Positions 33,679 through 51,228 of a stretch of 64,000 nt of DNA are shown here, piece after piece. Under the pieces are notes generated by a model. The model saw nothing but the letters and a program-made list of their open reading frames with translations, was not told the origin of the DNA and did no database searches. Position 1 is the stretch's first letter. Every line of letters starts with the position of its first letter. This stretch comes from the human T2T-CHM13v2.0 reference genome, Homo sapiens: NCBI RefSeq assembly GCF_009914755.1, contig NC_060940.1; one strand, written 5' to 3'. Both the position numbers and the translations under genes were made by a program.

Positions 33679-34373
33679 GAAAGGTGTTTTAAGCCCTCTG
33701 CCGTCCCCAGCCTTAATACCCCAGCTTTCGCTCCCTCATCATGAGGCTAGATTTCAACCTCACTTCCTTTCACCAAGGAAACTTAAGATCCTGTGGTTTC
33801 CTGTTAGATTTCTGTAGGAGGCTCTCAGGTACTGCTGCCACTTTTGCTGGTGGTGACAGAAGCAACCTCAGACTTGTGCGTTTGGCCATTTTGAGCTGTA
33901 CTTTCAAACAATCCAGAGACCAATTTTCCTAGAATCAAGGAGATAGAGGCCATAATCCGTTGAACAAGTGTTCTCTTGAAAGCAGGTACAACGTTACCAC
34001 TATCTTGTATAAGGTGCACCAATGCCAGAGGGCAACCTAACATTCTGGAATTATTTTTTTCCCTTGAAATTTCTCTCCAGCAGTAACTGCACTATAGTTT
34101 ATCCCCTGTTGTTGATTTATTGTTATTTCTCTGAATTATCTTAGCTAATTCAGAGAAACTTTTTTCCCCTCCAAACTTTGTCATTCAATTCTGGCGGTGG
34201 GGGAGTTCACAGGGATTCATGTAAAGCTTCTCAATCTTATTAGTGTCAGATAAATGCAAATGAAGTAACATTGAGATGCTACACCTTGTACACATAAGAT
34301 TGGCAAACGTTTAAAAGTTGGTGTTTTAGTTATGTATTGCTGCATAACAAACTATCCCTCAAATTAATGACAA
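33525..34373 (-). repeat. Inverted duplication, copy B (likely donor)
   Basis: Same alignment. The Alu tail and adjacent repeat continue beyond the aligned block only in this copy. Confidence 0.93.
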
Positions 34374-35140
34374 TGCCCTTAAGATTCATGAAATCTCTTT
34401 TACATAGCAAGGAGGGTCTAGGAGGCACATTCTGAAATCTTTCTGACATCTCAAAAAATGGTTTAACAGCTGCATCTTCATTTGAGGATTTACCTCGATA
34501 TTTATCCTTAGATCAAATTTTGCTGACAACATGCTGGATTTGATCTTTGAATTTTCTGCCTTTGAGAACTTTCTGATTGCTAGTATAGAAAGACCACCAT
34601 GGGGCCTCAATGTTTCTTGAAATTCTGCTAAAAAATGGAACAATTCCTTTCTATCTTGTATTTTACCATAGGAAGCCAGAGAAAGCAATCTGTCATGTTT
34701 AACATTCTGCCTGGAAATTTCCCTAGCTAGATCTTATCAGATCAAATGAACTGTAGAGTTAATTTCTGGGAAGAAACCACCTCAACTGCCTCGCGCCTTC
34801 TGCGTGTTAGAAGGGAATCGAGTCTGGTGCCAGGATTCAACGAGAAGGGAGCGGTACATCCCAAACCATGAATTTCATAACGCTGGTCTCCGGGGAAAAT
34901 ACTGACATTCTACTCCATTACTCTTGAGCCTTGAGCAACTGAAGAGGTTGAGTTTGTGAATACATGCTGTCAGACAGGATTACCTTGGGAAACAGTGAAA
35001 CATGCAAAACCTCTGAGGAGTCCAATATTTGTTAAATGAATTTACAGAAGAGACTCACTGGAAACATTTAACATTTATATGAGGTTGGGTAAATAGAATG
35101 ATATTTTCATTCAATTCACTATTATCTGTTAAACACATAC

Positions 35141-35306
35141 TTTTTTTTTTTTTTTTTCGATGGAATCTTGCTCTGGCTAATTTTCGTATTTTTAGTAGAG
35201 ACAGGGTTTCACCATGTTGGCCAGTCTGATCTCAAACTCCTGATCTCAAGTGATCTGCCTGCCTTGGCCTCCCAAAGTGTTGGGATTACAGGCGCCACGC
35301 CCAGCC
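35141..35306 (-). mobile_element. Alu with most of the right arm deleted
   Basis: Poly(T) and tggaatcttgctct joined directly to ggctaattttcg and the left arm. Confidence 0.8.
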
Positions 35307-35771
35307 AACACCTCTTTTTTACGAAGTACTGCATGAGTAACTTGGGGTTGCAACCAAAGGGTGTCCTTGCTTTCAAATAGGATATTTCATAGAATATGAC
35401 TTAAATAAATACATGATGACATAGAGTTATATTCCAAGTGAGCTCCCACTAAATTATTGCTTTTCAAATTCTTTTTGGTTACCATTGGTTCACATGTACT
35501 ATCTTTCTTAATATAGGATCACTAATATTGAGGAGATCCTATTTATAAAAACAATCACTTGTGTCTAAGATTGATTGTTAATGTCAATATAATGCATATC
35601 ATCTGTAAAAAGGAAATTTGTAAGAAGGAAATATTAAAAAATACCTGCCAGAACAACAGGATTCTGAAAGATTCTGTTTGGAAAAAACAAACAAACGAAC
35701 AAAAAAACGTTTTATGGGGCTAGGTTTTATACCTCTTTCCCAGTTATTTTCTTTTGCTTTCTTCACCACGT

Positions 35772-36439
35772 TGTGGCAGGCCAGGTTTCACTAACTCAGG
35801 CTTCCATAACAACGGTTTCAGCACTGACCGAGTGGTTCCATCAAATATTAACAGCTGAGAGAGTCAGTGCCCTTCTGCAAAGGCTGGAATGTCACAAAAG
35901 CCCATCAAGAGCTTTGCCTCGGCCTTTCCTGGGCCTTAAATCATGACAGGATAATGAAGGAATTCTTAACGGGACCCGTTTAGGAGTAAATAAGTTTTAT
36001 TGGGGGGTCCAAAGAAACTCCCCAGGCCTCCACAAACAAGCCTTATTGGGTACTAAAGAAACTCCCCAAACCTCCATGATTTAGCAGGAGACAAGACAAA
36101 GGTATTGACCCCAGCACCTGGACCCATTTAGGTTAAGTAAATTTACTCAGGTTCCAGAGGAAGAGCTTCAAGACTCAGACCTTAGTTATAGATGAAAAGA
36201 AGTTAATCACTTATGTCTTTAGATGAATGCACAAATGCACACTTACATGTAGACATATAGCTTAGAAGGTATACAAGCTCTGGAAAACTTTGTAGTTTTG
36301 AGTTGGTCTGGGGATAATTTCAAGGCCTTCTCCCTGTAACTGGTTACAGAAATAAAAACTTGATTCTCTCCCAGTTCATCTGCATCTCGTTATTGGGCTG
36401 CGAGAATAAGTAGCCCGACCCTTGGCTTGGTCAGGAACA
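35772..36439 (+). mobile_element. ERV solo LTR (subfamily not assigned)
   Basis: tgtggcaggccagg ... ggtcaggaaca ends, internal AATAAA near 36351, internal short direct repeat aaagaaactcccca. Confidence 0.75.
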
Positions 36440-38269
36440 GCATGACATAAGAGACAGAGCACTGGCTTTGTAATCAGTTGATCTGGGTTCAAATCCTGAT
36501 TCTATCACTTAAAAGCTGTGTGACATTGGGTGTACCAAATGTCTCTGTGCCTCTGTTTCTTCATGGGTAAAATCATGGTAATACTTTACATCCCCCCCCC
36601 ATAATTCGGTGCCTGGCCCAGTGTCAAGACTCAGTATTTATTATTGAGTTGTTATTATCGTTACGGTGAATGACGTCGCAAATGTTCCTGGCATTTACAG
36701 ACAGGTCTCCACTGCACGGTTGTCACAATGGTTACTCTTTTGGGGAGCTCCCATCGGAGCAGCTGCTTCCACCTTGCTTTATTTTCCTGCAGATAATGTC
36801 CTGTTCCCGTCATTATCTGCTAACTTCTTGACTGAATGCCTGATAGGAGCTCAGATAGCCAAGTGTGGCTTTGTGCCACACCCTCCTAACATAGCTCGTT
36901 TTCTGTTCCTATGGACTACAGAATGCGCTCTAGGGTTTGAACTGCAGACCTGTTCCTGCGTCATTCTCTATGTTTGACTTGTGGCCATCCTAGTGAGGTT
37001 AAATGAAGCTCTGAGGTGAAAGCAGGAAGGATTCGGTTCAGGGAGAGCGTTTGTTTGATACAGGTGTTATACATGATGAACTATCCATCAGGGACAGGGA
37101 TCAGAGCAGAGGTCAGAGAAGAGTGGTGGAGGTGAGAACCTGCCATGATCGGGAGAGGAGGGAGGGATGTCACAGTAACATGCAGTCTGCTAATATTTGG
37201 CAGATTGTCATCTTCATGACCTCAATGGTCTTGTTAGTTCCTGCCGCAATTTTGCAGTTATGTAGGGTCACCCCTGCTCTCCCCATCCAGACAATGCTGA
37301 TGAAAGAGATATTAGCAAGAGATACCATCCAGATCAAATATATCTTACAGAGATCAGTGCAACTTTGCATGAATGAGTCCAACTTTGCACGAAGTAAGAG
37401 TCCAGGACTCTTACTTCCTGAGTATCCTGAAACCCAGTGCATCTTTTCCCTGGGGAAAATGAAAACACAAAGCCATCCAAAAAAAACAAGCAAAATATAT
37501 TGGAAGGAAACTCTGGTATATAACATTGAGCTGCTGGTTTGAAAAGCAGTGACCTCTCTGTGCAAATGATTTTTTTTTCCAAACAGAGCTGAACAAGGTA
37601 AGATTCTGGGTTAATGGCTTCCATAACGATTAAAATTAAAATGTAAACCATCTGTAGTAGGGCTTACAGCCCTGCAGGAACTTACAGAACCATCAAATAA
37701 TTTTAATAAACTGCTTATGCAAGCCTATTTCTATGGGAGGTCAGACTCCAGTCTCTCTTTAAGAGGCTGCCAAGACACCCTGGACTCAGATGATAAGGCA
37801 TCTGCGTGTTCTCTGAGGCCAAGACTGCGAAAATGTGTCTCAGCAGGCAAGGGGGGAAAACTGATACCTTTATAAAAGACATATTAAAAAGTGAGAGGTC
37901 TCTAGGGATTTTCTTGAAACTACCATTAAAGCTACATCATCTCTCTTTCCCCAGAAAGCCCACTTGGATTAAGCTCATCAACCAATGGGAATGTCAGTGA
38001 TTGGATGGTTGTATGTCGGCGTGAAACAATGGTTATCTGTTAAACTGAATTTTATATCCGTGTGGTGTTCAGTTTTTTCCCTCAGGATCTGGGATAGTGA
38101 AAGTTCCCTTGATCTGTGGGCTTTGTCTTTGTGGTGCTAACTGCTGAAGTACTTGCCTCCAGAATAGGCACCTCTGCTGACGGCTAGAGCCACAAACATT
38201 CCTGATCCCACTGGTGGCGTTTTCCTATTAAGTTGGGTGCACATTTCCATACAGACACGATCAAACATT

Positions 38270-38812
38270 GCATGTTATGATTAGAAATAAAGCTGAGGAC
38301 TGAGAAACTGAATATACAATGACCAGACCATATATAAAAACAGAATGTTGACCCGTCACCTGCAGCAACCTGCCCAAGAAACCAACCCCTATTTACAGTA
38401 AGCAACCCAGGAATCCAGCCTGCTATATAAACCACACTTGCAGGAAGCCAGATTGCTATCTTGGAAGGTAAATAATTTCTGTAACGATCGGCCCCAGATG
38501 GCCAGGACTTAATAACTGAAGCTTCCCTAATTTTGCCCTTGCTTTCAACTTAGGACCAACTAAAGAAAGTCAAACATGTACCTCTTACCTATCACACAGG
38601 GTGCCCTGCACGTAGTTAGCTTACCTCCAGCTTCTTCACGCCAACAGTCCAATCAGCACACCTGAGCCTTCTCTTCCGTGGGTCTTAAAGCTTTTGCATT
38701 CCTCTGCCTGCCTTTGAGTCTCTGCGCAAACGCTAGTGATGGTGGCCGACTCCTTTGCTATAGCAAGCTCAGAATCGATAGCCTTTGCTTTTCTCCTTTG
38801 GTCTTTGTTCAG
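38270..38812 (+). mobile_element. Old ERV1-type LTR (MER31/MER67-like)
   Basis: gcagcaacctgcccaagaaacc, gatggccaggacttaataac, gctatagcaagctc. Confidence 0.5.
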
Positions 38813-39385
38813 TACTATAGTTTAAATAGACTTTGTGAGCCAGTTGGTTTCTAAATCATTCTAACTGCCATTCACTCACTTACTGAAGAAATATTTACTA
38901 AAAGCTTCAATATAGGCCATATTTCTTGCTAGACACCGGAGCAAATGAAATAAGATAGGGGCCCTCCCCTAGAGGACAGTAACTTGGCAACTAAAGGGAT
39001 GAACGGGATGACTTGGCAACCAAGTCAAAGGGCATTAAAATACAGAGGCGGACTCAAACGAAGATGGCCGAATAGGAACAGCTCCGGTCTACAGCTCCCA
39101 GCGTGAGCAAAGCAGAAGACGGGTGATTTCTGCATTTCCATCTGAGGTACCAGGTTCATGTCACTAGGGAGTGCCAGGCAGTGGGCGCAGGTCAATGGGT
39201 GCGCGCACGGTGCGCGAGCCGAAGCAGGGCGAGGCATTGCCTCACTTGGGAAGCGCAAGGGGTCAGGGAGTTCCCTTTCTGAGTCAAAGAAAGGGGTGAC
39301 GGACGCACCTGGAAAATCGGGTCACTCCCACCCGAATATTAACCTTTTCGGACCGGCTTAAAAAACGGCGCACCACGAGATTATA

Positions 39386-39499
39386 TCACACACCTGGCTC
39401 GGAGGGTCCTACGCCCACGGAGTCTCGCTGATTGCTAGCACAGCAGTCTGAGATCAAACTGCAAGGCGGCAGCGAGGCTGGGGGAGGGGCGCCCGCCAT
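39386..39499 (-). pseudogene. L1 antisense ORF0, truncated at codon 38
   Basis: MAGAPPPASLPPCSLISDCCASNQRDSVGVGPSEPGV* matches the ORF0 N-terminus. Confidence 0.8.
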
Positions 39500-39954
39500 T
39501 GCCCAGGCTTGCTTAGGTAAACAAAGCAGCCCGGAAGCTCGAACTGGGTGGAGCCCACCACAGCTCAAGGAGGCCTGCCTGCCTCTGTAGGCTCCACCTC
39601 TGGGGGCAGGGCACAGACAAACAAAAAGACAGCAGTAACCTCTGCAGACTTAAATGTCCCTGTCTGACAGCTTTGAAGAGAGCAGTGGTTCTCCCAGCAC
39701 GCAGCTGGAGATCTGAGAACGGGCAGACTGCCTCCTCAAGTGGGTCCCTGACCCCTGACCCCCGAGCAGCCTAACTGGGAGGCACCCCCCAGCAGGGGCA
39801 CACTGACACCTCACACGGCAGGGTATTCCAACAGACCTGCAGCTGAGGGTCCTGTCTGTTAGAAGGAAAACTAACAAACAGAAAGGACATCCACACCAAA
39901 AACCCATCTGTACATCACCATCATCAAAGACCAAAAGTAGATAAAACCACAAAG

Positions 39955-40962
39955 ATGGGGAAAAAACAGAACAGAAAAACTGGAAACTCTAAAACGCAGA
40001 GCGCCTCTCCTCCTCCAAAGGAACGCAGTTCCTCACCAGCAACGGAACAAAGCTGGATGGAGAATGACTTTGACGAGCTGAGAGAAGAAGGCTTCAGACG
40101 ATCAAATTACTCTGAGCTACGGGAGGACATTCAAACCAAAGGCAAAGAGGTTGAAAACTTTGAAAAAAATTTAGAAGAATGTATAACTAGAATAACCAAT
40201 ACAGAGAAGTGCTTAAAGGAGCTGATGGAGCTGAAAACCAAGGCTCGAGAACTACGTGACGAATGCAGAAGCCTCAGGAGCTGATGCGATCAACTGGAAG
40301 AAAGGGTATCAGTGATGGAAGATGAAATGAATGAAATGAAGCGAGAAGGGAAGTTTAGAGAAAAAAGAATAAAAAGAAATGAGCAAAGCCTCCAAGAAAT
40401 ATGGGACTATGTGAAAAGACCAAATCTACATCTGATTGGTGTACCTGAAAGTGATGGGGAGAATGGAACCAAGTTGGAAAACACTCTGCAGGATATTATC
40501 CAGGAGAACTTCCCCAATCTAGCAAGGCAGGCCAACGTTCAGTTTCAGGAAATACAGAGAACGCCACAAAGATACTCCTCGAGAAGAGCAACTCCAAGAC
40601 ACATAATTGTCAGATTCACCAAAGTTGAAATGAAGGAAAAAAATGTTAAGGGCAGCCAGAGAGAAAGGTCGGATTACCCTCAAAGGGAATCCCATCAAAC
40701 TAACAGCGGATCTCTCGGGAGAAACCCTACAAGCCAGAAGAGAGTGGGGGCCAATATTCAGCATTCTTAAAGAAAAGAATTTTCAACCCAGAATTTCATA
40801 TCCAGCCAAACTAAGCTTCATAAATGAGGGAGAAATAAAATACTTTACAGACAAGCAAATGCTGAGAGATTTTGTCACCACCAGGCCTGCCCTACAAGAG
40901 CTCCTGAAGGAAGCGCTAAACATGGAAAGGAACAACCGCTGCAAAATCAAGCCAAAATGTAA
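39955..40962 (+). pseudogene. L1 ORF1p, disrupted
   Basis: Begins MGKKQNRKTGNSKTQSASPPPKERSSSP. CGA>TGA stop at 40282-40284, +1 frameshift in the A-run near 40637, and a short deletion near 40938. Confidence 0.93.
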
Positions 40963-40998
40963 AGACCATCGAGACTAGGAAGAAACTGCATCAACTAA

Positions 40999-44845
<3,847 letters not shown>

Positions 44846-46232
44846 ACAATGAGATCACATGGACACAGGAAGGGGAACATCACACTCTGGGGACTGTGGT
44901 GGGGTGGGGGGAGGGGGGAGGGATAGCATTGGGAGATATACCTAATGCTAGATGACGATTTAGTGGGTGCAGCGCACTAGCATGGCATATGTATACATAT
45001 GTAACTAACCTGCACAATGTGCACATGTACCCTAAAACTTAAAGTATAATAAAAAAATAAAAAAATTAAAAAAAATAAAGTTGACTCAAACTTAAAAAAA
45101 AAAAAAATACAGAGGCAGTGTTTTTTAAAAAGTGCATACTAATTCCTGGATTCATGAGATAACTTCCAGGAAGTTGTAGATAGATAAACATTTCAACTTT
45201 AATCATTATACGCTTGAATGCAGATTAGAAAAATTAGCATTTTAAGCTTAGCAAACCCATGATTTCAGATATTATTGCTTTAGGATGTCGGTAACAGTTA
45301 AAATCTAGTCAGGAGATTAAAAGCCACCCTTATTTTAACAGAGGAAATTAAATATTAAGAATTGTTAATTGGGTATTAAAGAACTAAACGAGGCAAAAGG
45401 AAAACACTGAGGTATCATGCAGGAAGCTGCGACTCCTAGGGAAGAGAGGGAAATTGTTCAATTTTTGAAACTTGGGAGGGGCCCCAAAGAGCCAAAACTC
45501 AGACCTCTGACATTAAGTTGTTATTCTGCTAATATCAGTGTCTCTGGGTTGGGTGGGGGAACCCTGTGGCCAAGGCGCTGGACAGATGTCGGAATGAATA
45601 CAGGGTGGTTGGTGCTGGTGATGTCTCTGAGGAGTTGCTATGAGGCTGTTGCAGCAAGTGTTGGGAAGACTAAACTCATATTAACAACTCTTCCTGGAAT
45701 ACCAGCCTCTGCTGGGGTGCAGGTGTTTTGAGGGTGACAAAGAAATAGGAAAAGAAGAGGAAGCAGAGAGAAGGGACACATCCTGTCTTCTTCCTCTAGC
45801 CTCGCCATCTCCAGCTGGGCCTCCACTGGCTGATCCTAATTAAGTCAGCTGCATAGGAGACATGGGGTTTGCTCAGTCCCAGCCCGGCACTAAAAGCTGA
45901 ATACAGAGGGTGAGTTTGATTCTGTGAAGCAACAGCTTTGAATCTGCCACAACCTGCCCTTTCGGCCATTTAGCATCCACAGACTTCTAACCTAAACTTC
46001 CTGCAACAAGGAAAACAACTGTTTCTACCGAATACACTGCAAACATCCTTTGTACAAGATACCCTCAGCCTTTCTCCAAAATGAGGAGACACAAAGTCCC
46101 AGCAGACATTCTATCAGTTAATTACACCTAAAATTAATCACAAACCCACCTAATATTCTTACCCTACGACTAAATAGCGAAATTAACGCCCTAAGAAAAC
46201 AAAATAAGGAGGTAAGAGAAGAAATTAGTACA

Positions 46233-46270
<38 letters not shown>

Positions 46271-46278
46271 GAAGAAAA

Positions 46279-46570
46279 CAGTCATCCCTGGGTATCCAAG
46301 GACTGGTTCCAGGACCTCCTGCAGATACCAAAATCCACAGATGCTCAAACCCCTTACCTTAGACAGCATGTTTGCATATAACTTACGTGCATCCTCCTGT
46401 ATCCCTTAGACTACCTCTAGATGATTTATGATGCCTAATACAATGTCAATGCTATGTAGTTGTCATACTGTATTGTACTTTATATTATTTTTTATTGTAT
46501 TTTTATTTTTTGAGTACTTTCTGTGGTTAGTCAAGTCGATATCTGGAACTCACTGATATGGAGTGCCAAC
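46279..46570. mobile_element. MER2 (Tigger) element
   Basis: cagtcatccct..tatcc..ggttccaggacc...ataccaaaatccacagatgctcaa. Confidence 0.75.
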
Positions 46571-47959
46571 CCTCCATGTAACAGTTGCAGTAACTTGTTT
46601 CTGTAACTGGCTAGTCATAAGGCTGAAATAATAAATTTCCTTCTTTCCTTACACATCCCATGGTTCCTCTTCCCTCAGCCAGTAGCTCAGCTTCTCAGGA
46701 TTTATACGGGGTGGGGTGTACCAAAACATCATTCCCTAAAGGACCTCAATCATTCCCCTCTTTGAGACTGTTATAGCTGTCCCTTAGAAGTTAGTGGCAT
46801 ACATGGGAAGTGCTAAAAATGCCCTAGAGAATCCTTGGGTTCCAGATGCCTTTCTCACCATCCACTGTGTAGGAACGACATAAATGCCCCTTTGTTGCCA
46901 GGATCACTTGCACCAGCCAAAACAGTAACCTCCAGCCCGTTGGTTCAGTGCTGAAATGACTGGATAGTCTCAATTCCTGTCTCAATGGAGCCATTGTTGT
47001 GTCCCCTAGCGGGAGCACTCCTCCCTTGGGAACTCAAGAGAAGCAGGAAACAAATCACCCATGAGTGGGACCACTCCATCTACCTCTGCTTGATTCCAGA
47101 CCGTGCATTCTGACCAAGAACAGTCCCATGGAGTGGTCACTCAATCAAAGCACACGTTACATTTGTCAGATGGAGTTGTATTCCACCTAGGGCCATAAAT
47201 GTGTCTTCAGCAGACCATTCCATCGTCCTATTATGCCCGCTATTCCTGGGTGATGGGGGATATGCTAAGACCAGTGCACTCAAGAGGCATAAGCCCCCAT
47301 TACCCCACTTCTTTTATGGTGAAATGAGTTTGTCAATCAGAAGTCGACTGTGCAGACAGGTACATAAGACACGTAGTAAGTCCGGTAGTAAGTCCGTGGA
47401 TTGTGGTGCTGGTAAGGCACTGGGAAGAACTCGTTACTTCCCAGAGTTGGGAGGTGCATCATTCTCATACTCACAGTGAAAAAAAAAAAAAAGGCCAGAT
47501 TAACTTCAAAGTCCTATCTTTTCTCATAACTCACCAGAGAACTGAGGTCACAGAGCAATAAAACCTTCCTTACAGAGATTTGAGGAGAGAGGAGACATGT
47601 ACCTCATTCACTTCCTGGGAGCGAAATTAAATCAGTAGTTCTCAGAAGTCCTAGGTACTTATCTGCAGACAGAAAGACAGACACACATACACACACTTAA
47701 TTCTATGTGCTTCTTTCTGTACTTAGCATTTAGAATAGAGTTCAGACTAGGAGATGGTACCATTGGTCAGTGGTAAATTCTGTTGGGTTATACCGTAAGA
47801 AACTAAAGGTTATTTTTGACCTGTAAAAGGCAATTTCTTATGGTTCAACCTAATACATCACTATATTCTGATCAATGGCTGTTTTTTAAAGTTATTATTT
47901 GGAAAAAAGTTATATTACTGAATTAGACTAAAATTGTTATTTGAAAGTACAAGAAAATA

Positions 47960-48535
47960 TAAAAAGTATGTGAAAGTAGATTTTTATTACAGAGCAAATT
48001 TTTCTATCAATTCAATGCTTTAAATAAAACAACATAATACCATAAACTGACAATGACCTGGGAGCATGTAAATACTTAAGGCTGGAGAGGCATTTTTATT
48101 CTTGATAAATTTATATAATAAATTCTTATGACATTTGATTCCAAATTGTATGTACGAATTGGCTTGACATAATAAATATAAACATAAGGGCAATTTAAAC
48201 ATTGGCAGTAGTTTATGTAAGTCAATTCAAGGTCAGTGACTGGAGAACTATATTAAGAGAAACCTGAGGTAAAAAAAATCTTTAGGAAGCAGCCCTGTAA
48301 CAATGTACATTTGTAGATCAGGGGCTAAAAATCCACTCTGAATGAATACCAAGAAGCAAAGGATGTACAACATCCATCACACATCTGTTTCAAAAACAGC
48401 ATGTTTCTAAAATGATAATCTCTTTACAAGTAAACGTTACAGTATTAATAACTATAGAGACACCATTGGGATGAGCTCCAGATGCCCTGCTGACTTCCAC
48501 CAAGCACCCCTGGGCCATCGCTTAAGGCATCCATC
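47960..48535 (-). other. MPHOSPH6: MPHOSPH6 3' UTR (distal end approximate)
   Basis: AT-rich, non-repeat sequence after the stop, ending near an AATAAA with a T-rich downstream region. Confidence 0.7.
47983..47988 (-). terminator. Poly(A) signal AATAAA (distal); a second candidate lies at 48095-48100
   Basis: tttatt on the + strand about 550 nt after the stop codon. Confidence 0.65.
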
Positions 48536-48668
48536 TTAATCCTGGGGCTTTAAGAACATCTTCTTTGCTTTAATTGGTGTTATGTCTCCATTTTCATCTT
48601 CTTCATAATTGGCATGGTCTCTCTTTCTGGCAAACTTTTTCCCAATTGTCCCCACCAAGGTCTCATAT
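48536..48668 (-). CDS. MPHOSPH6: MPHOSPH6 last exon, coding part: (R)YETLVGTIGKKFARKRDHANYEEDENGDITPIKAKKMFLKPQD*
   Basis: cttgacag acceptor and TAA stop at 48538-48536. Matches the MPP6 C-terminus. Confidence 0.97.
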
Positions 48669-49113
48669 CTGTCAAGAGGACAGGCAGCACACGTTTAATT
48701 TCAAATAAAAAGGTAGGGATCAAGCCTTGTCAAGAATATCAGACCAAATATGCAATAAAAAAGATTACGAAAAAGAAAACTATCATTAAAAGAAACCATC
48801 TGATTTAACAATTTATGAACTTCTCTAAGAGTGATTAAATTCCTTGCCATTTTGGTGTTTGCATTACCCTAAATAAATAGAGATGTACATTTTAAAATAC
48901 ACATTTCCAGCAGCTCTGGAAATGGGCCCTCAACTGGCAGCCTGAGACAGGTCTGTGGCCCCCGTAGGCCATTAAGAGAAGGCCGATCACAGTCATCGTC
49001 CTACTGGGGGACTCCCTTGAAAGCTGCCGTGCACTGTGGGGTAAGAGGAGCATTCCTGGGAGAGCCAATGAATGCTAGGTCCAGATTAGAAGGCTGCTGC
49101 GCAGCACGGTTAC

Positions 49114-49208
49114 CTTCTAGCCATCTCTTCATCTGACACATCAAGCTCTACTGTTTCATCTTCAACTTCTTCTGCTTTGTGCTTAGCATTCATCTGAAGC
49201 ATCAATTT
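49114..49208 (-). CDS. MPHOSPH6: MPHOSPH6 coding exon 4 (95 bp): KLMLQMNAKHKAEEVEDETVELDVSDEEMAR(R)
   Basis: tatttttcag acceptor, AG|gtaacc donor, in frame. Confidence 0.97.
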
Positions 49209-50352
49209 CTGAAAAATACACCAGTGCTGACCTTCAGGCTAGAAAACGCTTGTGAAAGGAACTGATGTCAAACTTACCTGAAGGCAGAGAAACTGAAGTC
49301 AAATAATCTAGAGAACTAGTCAAAATTGATAAGGGACTCTCTGTAATACTTGATACCACAATGGTGTAAGAGAAGTAAGCTCTGAGTCAAAAAAATAGTA
49401 AGGCAAAGCCCCACTGAATTATACTTAGGGTGAATTTAAAGTGTATTTAAGATCATAAATCTTAGTATTAGTTACTCATATTTAAAGCAGGCATACTGCT
49501 GACACATTCCGGTGAGTGGGGGAAGAAATAATAAACTTTCAGATTTTCCCTGAACTTCCCCCACCCATCTTTAAGCCATATGGAAGAAACACTAGTCGTC
49601 AGTAATAATTTTAAATGCATCTCTTGGTGGTGGTGGTGGTGAGTGGAGGAGGTGGGAGAAGTGGAAGGCTGGCCCTGTTTAATGGAGGGAATCTGCACCT
49701 CAGCCTTACCCTCCTAAACTTTAGAGTGGATAATGCATCCCATGTAACATCCATGCACCACAGGGTCTCTCCTCCAACTCTTTCACATAAACCTTTTTGT
49801 GATAATTATCCTCTGACCTTTTTTTTTTTAAATGTGTAATCTCTTCTTTTTAGCAAGAGGAGAAGGAATAAAAGATGAGAAATCAGTCTTAACTAGTTTT
49901 TCTAAGGCTTAAAAGAGTGATAATAGTTTAAAACCTTTTCCTAGGGGGAGTGTATTCAGTGTTTCAGAATCCAGTAATTAGGGCCATTTTCTAACACCCG
50001 TCCCTGCCCCCCATCAATTTCTGCGGGCAGTGGCACCTCTCCTTTCCCATTGCAGCAGACATACTTTGGAATGCTCGCCTATCCAAACCCTACTCTTTGA
50101 ATACCACATCTTCATAATCCCTGCCTTTTTCTTCCCTCTTCACCCCACTGCCCAGCCCCTCTCCTTCTCAATCTGAAGCTTAATTAAAGAAAGTCAAAGC
50201 GAGACCAGCATATATTAAAAACAAACACTTCTAACATAACACCTTAATTATCACACATGCCTCCTCCCACTCCGCCAAAAAAGAAAAGGAAAACTAACCT
50301 AGAATCTTTCAATAAACTCTGGCAATTGGCTTAGTTAACTGTGGCTCCTAGA

Positions 50353-50584
50353 GAAGTGGTTCTTAACTGGGGATGATTTTCCCCACCAGGGAACCTGTGA
50401 AAATGTCTGGAAACATTTTTGGTTGTCACAGCTGGGTAGGAGGGTGGGGTGTGTGTGTGCTACTGATATTTAGTTGGTAGAGAACAGAGGACAGGGATGT
50501 GGTTCGTCATTCTCTTAGGAAAGCCACCACCACAAAGAATTATCTGGCCCCAAATGTTAACACTGCCAAGGGCAAGAAACACTG
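50353..50584. mobile_element. MER20 (hAT-Charlie) in MPHOSPH6 intron 3
   Basis: agtggttcttaactgggg...atgtctggaaacatttttggttgtcaca...aaagaattatctggccccaaatg. Confidence 0.8.
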
Positions 50585-51228
50585 GCTTCAAGTAATATTT
50601 ACCAAACTAAAGATTTATATCTCATGTGTCCATTTGGTTCATCAAGTACTTGATAGGATGGCTTTTAACATATGAGCCAGAGTTCTAATGAATATTTGTT
50701 AAATAAAGGTCTGCTTCTCTATCCTGGAGCAGGAAAATTCAAATGAATAGCTCAGTTATAAGGCAAATATTCATTTTTCAAACAAACTGTCGAAAGGATT
50801 CATTTAAAAATCTACTTACAAGCTTGGATTACAACAGTCCATTAAAAAGTCAAATGACATAATTCTAAAGTAACATTTTTCCGTTAGAAAAAATACATGT
50901 ATAGGTGCCAGAAAATAACTTTTCATAATAGCATGATATGAATAAAATCTTGACGTTCCTGTAAAAGACACAACTTGAAATTTTAATATTTATGGTGGCT
51001 CTGTCAAGGGCTGTATACTGCTATATGAAATTATCTACTCACCTCTACCATAAAACTAGACTGCAATGCCTCCAATTTCTTTAAATAGCTATGGCGATAT
51101 TTCAAGACTTGTTATTTTCTATATAATGAGTAGAAATGGTACCTGGTGGAGAAACACCTAAGCCCAATTATTAGCAGAAAAAAATTCAATTGGAAAAATT
51201 TTTAATTTGAAGCAATTATATTTAATAC

